A stretch of 53,130 bases of DNA from a virus. Taxonomy: Duplodnaviria > Caudoviricetes. The translations under genes were made by a program, and so were the position numbers. Below are positions 46,237 to 53,130 of this stretch, in pieces (within the stretch, counting starts at the first letter, position 1; the number at the start of each line of letters is the position of its first letter). The notes under the pieces are model-generated. The model did not search any database, had not been told where the DNA came from, and saw only the letters and a list, made by a program, of their open reading frames with translations. Location of the stretch: positions 1 through 53,130 of the IMG/VR virus record IMGVR_UViG_3300037461_000603, one strand, 5' to 3'.

Positions 46237-47277
46237 TCAGCCATCCGATCCTGGTTCTCTATCTGGAGCTCGTGCAGCGCTCTTCGCTGTCAGCTCGTTG
46301 CGGCGTTTCGCGAATGCGGCGCGCGCCTTCTGTGTCGTCTCCGGGTCGAGCTTCAGGTTGATGATGTCCTTCACGAGCGCGTCGAGCCGCTCTTTGCTTT
46401 GCGCATCCAGTAGCTCTGCAACGACATCTCGATCTGACTGTTCTACTGGCTCAACGACACGATGCTGTTGAGACTCTACACCGCGGGCCCACTGTGCAAA
46501 CGCCTCTCCTGTAGCTCTATCGATGGGCTTGTCGAGGGAGACGAAAGCTCTGTGCTGCGCCTGCAGTTTGATCGGGATCGGCACACCGGGGTGCTCTGGC
46601 AGCATGAGGCATGACATCGTGAGTTCGAACGGTACATTCTTCTCACAGATGGGTGCCCAACCCCTGACGCCGCTGGCATACTCGGGGGTCGCGCTGCGGA
46701 AGTCGGCCGGCTCGATCTTGGTGCGGCCGCTGTTGTCCTTGCCAATTTTGATCTTCTCCTCCGCCCGCAGGCAGAGAATCAGATGCGCCTTGGTCTTCAG
46801 GAGCTGGCCGATGAAACGATGTTTGTGTTCGATCTTTGGCTGGATCCAAGCCTGCATTTTGTAGCGCTCTTCGAGTTTCCAGTCCGGGTCACGGTTGTTC
46901 GGGCGTTGCTTCGCCTTCTCGACGAATGCGGCGAGCTCCTCCTCATGCCAGTCCAGGATACCGCCAGGTCCAGCGTGCTCGTGTGAAGCCTGGTCGACGA
47001 CAATCACGGGGTATCCGGCCTTGTCGGCATCAGCGATCATCTCGGCGTAGCGCCCCGGACGGAACGGCTCGGAGAAGCGAGCACAATCAAACTTGAACAT
47101 GTCGGCGTAATGGAGTGCCCGACCATTTTCTGTGTCGATGACTGCGAACGGCTTTCCGCCTGACATGCCAGTCGCTAGCTCAAGGGCTGAATAGGTCTTG
47201 CCGCTCCCGGATGGTCCGGACAATCCGACCAGGAGCGATAGGGACTGGCGTTTAGCAGGCTTGAATTCAGTTGGCAT
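46237..47277 (-). CDS. AAA_24/Sak4-like recombination ATPase
   Basis: GPSGSGKTYSAL, IDTENGR, HEH.G.GG.L, FE.T; adjacent to an exonuclease. Confidence 0.88.
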   Translation of the reverse strand: MPTEFKPAKRQSLSLLVGLSGPSGSGKTYSALELATGMSGGKPFAVIDTENGRALHYADMFKFDCARFSEPFRPGRYAEMIADADKAGYPVIVVDQASHEHAGPGGILDWHEEELAAFVEKAKQRPNNRDPDWKLEERYKMQAWIQPKIEHKHRFIGQLLKTKAHLILCLRAEEKIKIGKDNSGRTKIEPADFRSATPEYASGVRGWAPICEKNVPFELTMSCLMLPEHPGVPIPIKLQAQHRAFVSLDKPIDRATGEAFAQWARGVESQQHRVVEPVEQSDRDVVAELLDAQSKERLDALVKDIINLKLDPETTQKARAAFAKRRNELTAKSAARAPDREPGSDG

Positions 47278-48130
47278 TGGATGCATCTCTCTCTGCGTGG
47301 ATGCGCTCTTCGGAGTCCCACATGACCCATCCTGGCATGTCTGCAAAGTAGGCGCGTTCCTTGGTTGTGTGTGGGTAGCCAGGCCAACGGTCTGTATCGA
47401 GGCATCTCCGCCAGACGCCCAGGGCTTGAAACACGCGTTGCTTTGCATGCTCTTCGGCGTCTGGACCGAGGAGAACAACGCTGCACTCGTATGGTGGATC
47501 GATCTCCTGGATCACGAAATAGAACGACCGTTGGATCTCCCCCCTGATGACATCCAGGCCGCGCATGACAAGCGCAGCCTGGATGTCATAGCCGCCAGAG
47601 AAGAGTGTTCGTTTCGCCCAGCTGTGAGCATCTGCGTTGTTCGCTGTCTTGTAGTCGAATACGACCAACGCGTCGTCCGAGATCCAGTCGGGCCTCGATC
47701 GGCACCACACGCCCTGGTCATGCCAGATCAACGTCTGCTCGGTCTTCCCTGCCCCGAATGACGCCACGACAGGTCTCGCCTTGTCGACCATGGCCGCGAG
47801 TCGTGATCGGTCATCCTGGAGAAGCGGGATCTTGCCTGACGCCCGACAGTCGTCGCGAAACGCCTTCGCGTCTTTGGTTCGCCAGTCTTCCCAGTCTCCG
47901 AAGGTGATACGGTCCTCTCCACCAAGCAGCATGAGGTGAGCCGCTGAGCCGATATCAGCTCGGCGAGCGTTCGATGTCTTCTTGCCGAGTCTTGGGTGAT
48001 CCAACCATGCGTGCTTAGGCGAACGCGTGTTCACGTTCATGACGACCTTTGTCGACACGCTTGGCTCTTCGCACGGGTCCGCGACGTACTCGTCCATGCT
48101 GATGTCGTAGATGCCTTGTCCGAGCGTCAT
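47267..48130 (-). CDS. PD-(D/E)XK exonuclease (RecE/DUF3799-like)
   Basis: GSAAH, EQ...W, CRSRPDW, DYKT, YDIQAA, WPGY. Confidence 0.9.
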   Translation of the reverse strand: MTLGQGIYDISMDEYVADPCEEPSVSTKVVMNVNTRSPKHAWLDHPRLGKKTSNARRADIGSAAHLMLLGGEDRITFGDWEDWRTKDAKAFRDDCRASGKIPLLQDDRSRLAAMVDKARPVVASFGAGKTEQTLIWHDQGVWCRSRPDWISDDALVVFDYKTANNADAHSWAKRTLFSGGYDIQAALVMRGLDVIRGEIQRSFYFVIQEIDPPYECSVVLLGPDAEEHAKQRVFQALGVWRRCLDTDRWPGYPHTTKERAYFADMPGWVMWDSEERIHAERDASNAN

Positions 48131-49365
48131 GCTGACCTCTCGGACTCGCATGGAACTTGGCACGGTGGAGCGAGCGCGGCGAAGTAATCACGGATGACAG
48201 CGACGACTGAAGCAAACTCCGGCTCGTCGCTGTAGTTGAACAAGAAGACCTGCAGCATATCGCGACCAGTGGCCGTGAACATGCGCTTGCGTTTCTCCTC
48301 GAGCTCGGTGGCCTCGCGCGCCTCGCGCTCCTTGCGCTCTGCTGCATCTTTTGCCTGTCTCTCGGCGTCTGCACGCCTGCGCTCCTCGGCGATGCGTGCT
48401 TCCTCTGCCTCGCGTACCTTGCGGGCCTCCTCGTCGGCCTTCGCGCGCGCTGCTCGAGCTTCGGCGTCCGCCTTCTCCCGCGCCTCTCTGGCCGCCTGCT
48501 CCTCTGCGGCTCGACGTGCGGCCGCTTCACGCTCCTGGGCCGCGATACGCGCGCGCGTCTCTCTTTCCTCGGCCTCGAGCTTCTCTCGTATCGCGTGGCT
48601 CTCAGCTTCACGTTTCTCGCGTTCTGCCTTTTCTCGTGCGGCCTGCTCGTCCTGCTGACGCCTCAACTCTGCCCGCTCCGCCTCGAGACGGGCCTGCATC
48701 TCCGCTTCCTCCGCCTCGCGTTTCTCCCTCTCAGCCCTGGCCTTCGCTTCCTGCTCAGATCTCAGCCTGGCGAGCTCGGCGCGCTCGGCGTCGAGACGGG
48801 CTTTTTCATCTTCCTGCGACCTCGCTCTGGTATACATGGCGCGCAGGGATGTGATGGATGCGTCTCGCGCCGCACCAGCTTCGTCCTGAAACTCCTCGAA
48901 GCCGGTGAGAGACATGGCCTTGAGCTCTTCGGCGGCGCGCTTGAGGTCAGCGGTTCCCGCCTCGACGAGGTCGACGGGAACGCGTCTGATGCGGTCGATC
49001 TCGGCCCGGTGCTTCGCCTTGCGCTCCTGCTCGAGGTGAATCTTCTCCTCTTTGACTCGCTTCTCCTCTTCCTCGGCAGCCTTGATTGCCGAGTCGATAG
49101 GCTCTTCGAGCTTCAGAAACTCATCGGTGAGACGAGCGGCTTCGGTGTCGATCTCTCTGCATCTCTTCAGTGCAGGACCCTTGATCTCTTTCCGCATTTT
49201 CTCCAGATCATATCGCCATCCCCTGATCTCAGAACGTGCAGCTCGAGCACCCTTCAACTGCTCAGGAGTGTCTGTAACCCAGACGGTAGCACCGTAGCGT
49301 TGGCGTAGTTCGGCAAGTCCAGCTTCAGTCCGTGAGTATTCTGCAATCGCTGTTGTGGTGGTCAT
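48127..49365 (-). CDS. Long charged coiled-coil protein
   Basis: LEK.RK.IK.P.L......ID.EA N-terminus; E/R/A-rich tract. Confidence 0.75.
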   Translation of the reverse strand: MTTTTAIAEYSRTEAGLAELRQRYGATVWVTDTPEQLKGARAARSEIRGWRYDLEKMRKEIKGPALKRCREIDTEAARLTDEFLKLEEPIDSAIKAAEEEEKRVKEEKIHLEQERKAKHRAEIDRIRRVPVDLVEAGTADLKRAAEELKAMSLTGFEEFQDEAGAARDASITSLRAMYTRARSQEDEKARLDAERAELARLRSEQEAKARAEREKREAEEAEMQARLEAERAELRRQQDEQAAREKAEREKREAESHAIREKLEAEERETRARIAAQEREAAARRAAEEQAAREAREKADAEARAARAKADEEARKVREAEEARIAEERRRADAERQAKDAAERKEREAREATELEEKRKRMFTATGRDMLQVFLFNYSDEPEFASVVAVIRDYFAALAPPCQVPCESERSA

Positions 49366-50044
49366 CAGAAATCTCCAGTCCATCAGAATTGACGTTCATG
49401 GCCCGGTCGGAATGGACTCCTTGTCGCTCAGAGGACCATAACGACCAGGCCATGAACGGGCCTGCGCCAGGGGGACTACGCAGGCAGATCGAGTCACTGG
49501 ATGCGTGGTGGTGAGAGTCACCTCGGGATAACCCGCGCATCCAGTCGCCGACACCATGTCGGCAGCTTCGAGTTTGGCTGCGCGGAGCTCGCTCGCACGA
49601 AATCACCAAGTGAGCCGAGTTGATCCGCGCAGCCTGCCGGCACCATGCCGGCGCAAGAATGCGGGCAGAGCTGGTGCAGGTGGTCACCATTCTCGGCTCT
49701 CTGCCCGGCGCCGCAGACCATCTGCGGCACTCTGAGTGTTTCGAGCCGCGTGCTGAGTCACAGCGGAATTTCTCACGCGGCCCGAGCCGTGCGGCATGCA
49801 CGGCGTTCTGTGAACTCATGCTCATGTGCAGCACCACAGCGTCACGACCGCGGCGAACAGGGCGCCACACAAAAACGTCGCGACACCGAGAGCGCGCTTC
49901 AACCGCTCCTCGTGTCGGACCGCTTCGACAAACAGTCGAGTCGCCTCGCGCCTGAGCTCGAGCTCGGTCTCGTGCACCGCGCGCCATGAGGGTGGGTCTG
50001 GCCGAACGACTTGAGAGCGGCTAGGCGACGACATTCCGTTTTGG

Positions 50045-50836
50045 TTACGCATCACCGCCACCAATCTCCGCGCAGCCACACGGCGCCGGTGGCGGGTCTG
50101 GGATCAGGCGTAGTTGCGCCGCGTCGAGCGTCACGAGCTCACGCCAGGACCAGTGGCGCCCGAGCCCTTTGATCGTGCGGAGTCCGGGCGCCGCGTTCTC
50201 TTCCATTGCGACTGCTCGCGCAAAGAGATCGGGGGCCGTCCTGGCAAGCTCCAACACCTCGTCCTTGGTGGTCGACTGGCAGAAGAAACAGGCCGACTTT
50301 GGCGGCACGCACAGCCCGGCGCGCTCGATCGACGCGATGCACTCTCGGCGACCCCACTTCCATTCGATGAGGGGGAACCACTTCCGATACTTCGGCGTGT
50401 CTGTGTCGCCTCTGAGCGCGCGGTGCTGTTCGCCAAAGTCGAAGCCAATCGCCTTCGTGTACTTCGGCCAGCCCTTGCAGTAGCTCTCCTGCGGGGCGAT
50501 CTTGAACTGTTGGCTGCACTTCCGGAATCCGAATACGATCGACGGCAGCGTATTTCGCCCGAGACACTCCTCCTCAAGCGTCGGGAACATCCGGCGTGCC
50601 TTGACTACGGTCAAAGTGGGGAAGCCGGCGCGCGCCAGCCACACCACGAACCGTTCCAGGTGCTCGTAGGTCTCCGGCCGCTCCCCTCCCGTATCAGCGA
50701 ACATGATGTGATCAGGTCGGATGCCTCGCTCGTGTAGGCCGATGACGAGCGCGGTGCTGTTGACACCGGCACCGTAGTTGACCACGATGGGCCTTTCCGG
50801 CTCCATTTGCAGTTGAGACCGCTCAGCCATCTTCAT
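50045..50836 (-). CDS. PAPS-reductase-like / PP-loop protein
   Basis: NYGAGVNST, FADTGGERPETY, C...FKI.P, IGF...E..R, FPL, PPKSACFFC, terminal CGC. Confidence 0.85.
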   Translation of the reverse strand: MKMAERSQLQMEPERPIVVNYGAGVNSTALVIGLHERGIRPDHIMFADTGGERPETYEHLERFVVWLARAGFPTLTVVKARRMFPTLEEECLGRNTLPSIVFGFRKCSQQFKIAPQESYCKGWPKYTKAIGFDFGEQHRALRGDTDTPKYRKWFPLIEWKWGRRECIASIERAGLCVPPKSACFFCQSTTKDEVLELARTAPDLFARAVAMEENAAPGLRTIKGLGRHWSWRELVTLDAAQLRLIPDPPPAPCGCAEIGGGDA

Positions 50837-51014
50837 CCTCCACGTCTGGTTTGTCGCACCACTCGGTCAGAGCGTCCGACCACGCCTCGCGTGCGCATCG
50901 GTCGAAATCCTCGGCCTGCTCGATCAGCCACGCGTGCACGTCCGGGTCAGACGCGAGCTCCGCCGCAGCACGCAGCCGGCGAGACTCCGCAGACCATGCG
51001 CGGTGCTCACCGAT
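50823..51014 (-). CDS. Hypothetical protein
   Basis: Short operonic ORF; start uncertain. Confidence 0.4.
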   Translation of the reverse strand: MGEHRAWSAESRRLRAAAELASDPDVHAWLIEQAEDFDRCAREAWSDALTEWCDKPDVEDEDG

Positions 51015-51321
51015 GGAGCTCACGTCGCACTCCCCTCAACGAGGCACGGGCCAGACGGATCAACGACCGAGCCCGCATCAAGCTCACCGATGCAGGTTGA
51101 TCGTGGTGGCCGAGGTCCTCATTGCGATGCGTGCACTCGACTGCCACATGCACGCTGTTGCCGCATTGCGCGCAGTCGCGGACGTCCAGGTCGGTGGTCT
51201 CTCCTCCAGCGCACATGCAGCCGCGAATGTCTCCAGGCTCCATCTTCTGGCCGCGCAACATGAGCTGGTAGAACTGCTCGCGCGTGTAGACCGAACCGCA
51301 GACCGAACACTTGGCGCTCAT
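51007..51321 (-). CDS. Zn-ribbon protein
   Basis: CSVCG...RDCAQCGNS; GGAGG RBS. Confidence 0.6.
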   Translation of the reverse strand: MSAKCSVCGSVYTREQFYQLMLRGQKMEPGDIRGCMCAGGETTDLDVRDCAQCGNSVHVAVECTHRNEDLGHHDQPASVSLMRARSLIRLARASLRGVRRELHR

Positions 51322-51581
51322 TGGTCACCTCCGACTCGCAGGCCGACAAGTCCAGCGATGATGTTCCGTGCTCGCTCAAGTGCCAGCTCGGGAGTGACCG
51401 TTTCTCCGGCACGGACCAGCAGTTGCTTCGTGACTTGCGCGACCGCTTCGTCGAGCCCGATCGCGTCGTCCTGCAGCAAGGCAACTTGACGGCGCAGTGA
51501 CGCGAGCAGCTCGAGTGCCGAGCTTTCGACATGCGGAGCGTCGATCACAGCATCAGTAAGCGATCGTTTTGCAGTGTCCAT
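51318..51581 (-). CDS. First gene of the leftward early operon
   Basis: GGAGG RBS before MDTAKR. Confidence 0.65.
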   Translation of the reverse strand: MDTAKRSLTDAVIDAPHVESSALELLASLRRQVALLQDDAIGLDEAVAQVTKQLLVRAGETVTPELALERARNIIAGLVGLRVGGDQ

Positions 51582-51606
51582 AACGGTCCTCCGAGCGACT
51601 GAGGAA

Positions 51607-51659
51607 ATGTTACACCACAATGCAAGTTTCTGTCAATACGAAATTACACCGGTGTGCAA
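51607..51659 (-). promoter_or_regulatory. PL-like promoter with two operators
   Basis: Minus-strand TTGACA-N18-TAACAT; TTACAC-CACA-ATGCAA (51610-51625) and TTACAC-CGGT-GTGCAA (51644-51659). Confidence 0.75.
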
Positions 51660-51706
51660 CATGGAGGATACACGGACGCCGTGTGAATTGGTGAACCAGT
51701 ATGATG

Positions 51707-52147
51707 TCAGGAACTTACGCGGCGAGCCTCGATGAGGTGAAATATGGCCCTCGGGCTGGGTCTGATTCCGACGCATTGTTCGAGCGGAATCGTCGCCAGC
51801 CAGGCTAGCTCATCGTCGCTGACTTTTTCCGAAGAGCACCATGGGGAATCGCGGAATGTTTCAATGATCGCCCGTCGCAGCTCGATCTTGCTGGTGGCCT
51901 CTGCAAGCACGTATTCCAGCGGGTAACCGATAGCATCACAGATGCGCTTGGCTCTGTCGATGGACATGCTTTTCGTTCCGTATAGCTCGAGCTGTGCGAG
52001 CATCGATGTCGAAATCCCTGCTGCCTCGGAAACTTGTTCGCGCGTCAGGCCGCTAGCATCTCGTTTTATCTTGATGATTCGACCGACACGTTTGAGAAAC
52101 TCGCTGTCGGCGTCTGTTTTCTGTCCTGCTGGCAAACGTCTGCCCAT
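51707..52147 (-). CDS. CI-like XRE repressor
   Basis: IK.KR...GLTREQVSEAAGIS.S.L.QLE HTH; divergent from the cro-like gene. Confidence 0.85.
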   Translation of the reverse strand: MGRRLPAGQKTDADSEFLKRVGRIIKIKRDASGLTREQVSEAAGISTSMLAQLELYGTKSMSIDRAKRICDAIGYPLEYVLAEATSKIELRRAIIETFRDSPWCSSEKVSDDELAWLATIPLEQCVGIRPSPRAIFHLIEARRVSS

Positions 52148-52181
52148 ATGAACACGTTACGCATGGCCACGCGAATCGGCG

Positions 52182-52234
52182 ATGGACCACAGTGCAATTT
52201 TGCCTTGACCGCGACTTACACGCCAGTGTAAATT
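52182..52234 (+). promoter_or_regulatory. PR-like promoter with operator(s)
   Basis: TTGACC-N18-TAAATT overlapping the perfect operator TTACAC-GCCA-GTGTAA (52216-52231); weak site ATGGAC-CACA-GTGCAA. Confidence 0.75.
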
Positions 52235-52242
52235 GCGCGGCC

Positions 52243-52455
52243 ATGAAACATCTGCCTACCACAATCGCAATACGCCGAAAACGTTGCGGATTGTCCAAAT
52301 CAGCACTGGCTTCTGCTGCTGGAATTAGCCCTTCCGCAATGACGAAGATCGAAAAAGGCCATTGGAACATCGGCGTCAAGACACTATCTGCAATCGCCAG
52401 GGCATTGGACACAACTCCGTGGCAGTTGCTGCGCAACAGCAACACGCAACGATAG
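52243..52455 (+). CDS. Cro-like XRE HTH protein
   Basis: RRKRCGLSKSALASAAGISPSAMTKIEKG...TL.AIA.AL. Confidence 0.85.
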   Translation: MKHLPTTIAIRRKRCGLSKSALASAAGISPSAMTKIEKGHWNIGVKTLSAIARALDTTPWQLLRNSNTQR

Positions 52456-52800
52456 CACACCAACCTGTAAGGGGGCCGCAGTGCGTACCAGCGTGCTGTT
52501 GTCGTGTGTCTGTCCCGTCTCGTACTCCGACGGCGTATTCAGCCTTCGTCAGCCATCCTCTCACAACGGAGATCTCGCTACGATGCAGGACAAATGCGCG
52601 CGCAACTTGCTCGGACAACTTTCGTCGGTCATCGAGCAAGCTGAAGAGAAACTCCGCATAGCCAACTGGCGGTGCAAGGCTAACAGACTGCACGGCGACT
52701 GTGACGCCTGCTCCGTCATTGGACTCCTGCTCGAGGCCGAGAGGCTGCTCGCCGAATACCGGAACGGACCTCGGGATGGGAGCGGAGGCCAGGGCGACTG

Positions 52801-53130
52801 ATGGCTCACATCGCGGTCGAAACCAATCTGCCAGACACCCCAGAGGCTATCGAACTCGAAGAGCTCTTGGGGGTCGAGGATGCCTGGCGCTTTCTCGTTC
52901 ACCTGTGGCGATGGGCCCTGGACTCTGACTTTCAGGACGGCGTCGTGAAGCTGACGCCGCGTCGCCTCGCCTCCGTGACAAGGTGGCATGGTGACCCGGA
53001 CACACTGCTCATCGCGTTGTGCGCTCCGCTTGGTCCGGACAAGATGCCCTGGCTAATCGATCAGGGCGATGGGTACTACTACCTGCGCGGGTGGAGCAGA
53101 AATAAAGAGTTTTTCTCGAAAAAGGAACGC
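52801..53130 (+). CDS. Replication initiator-like protein, N-terminal part (runs off the window)
   Basis: MAHIAVETNLPDTPE...LVHLWRWAL....DG...LA....W.GD.D.L..AL...W; usual position after cro. Confidence 0.65.
   Translation, partial: MAHIAVETNLPDTPEAIELEELLGVEDAWRFLVHLWRWALDSDFQDGVVKLTPRRLASVTRWHGDPDTLLIALCAPLGPDKMPWLIDQGDGYYYLRGWSRNKEFFSKKER

Noticed and set aside
48127-49365. Tape measure or TolA assignment for the coiled-coil protein
   Set aside because: It lies in the early recombination arm of a short-tailed phage; the similarity is compositional only.
49400-50040. Several overlapping short ORFs
   Set aside because: I could not determine a reliable coding frame or RNA structure by eye.
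50045-50836. Sulfur-assimilation auxiliary metabolic gene (cysH) or Dnd phosphorothioation system
   Set aside because: Only a lone PP-loop family member with no cys or dnd partner genes; function cannot be assigned.

Overview
The window looks like most of the genome of a temperate, P22-like (short-tailed) dsDNA phage of high GC content. It is not integrated: an intact attP-like tRNA-Arg 3' half sits beside the tyrosine integrase, and phage genes lie on both sides. From left to right: (1) a partial serine recombinase and a minus-strand cassette of small genes including a Ycf46-like AAA+ ATPase module (1-6.8 kb); (2) a palindrome-rich non-coding switch region (6.8-8.0 kb); (3) a plus-strand late arm with an Acb2/Tad1-like candidate sponge, a possible TerS, accessory genes, TerL, portal, scaffold, capsid, gp4/gp10-like tail proteins, ejection proteins, a tailspike and a lysis module (8.0-37.5 kb); (4) attP/int/xis and a minus-strand early/recombination arm (37.6-51.6 kb); (5) a cI/cro-like switch with TTACAC-N4-GTGYAA operators and the start of a replication initiator. 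The best candidates for novel biology are three. The first is a DIP1984-like coiled-coil gene followed by a ~315-nt closed-stem RNA that embeds a tRNA-His-like domain and a 7-nt periodic NNGNTCA tract. The second is a set of probable virion proteins, including the tailspike, that carry Sec or lipoprotein signal peptides. The third is a small beta-rich gene translationally coupled to a (Thr-X)n repeat peptide. All family assignments come from recognising motifs by eye; no database search was run.
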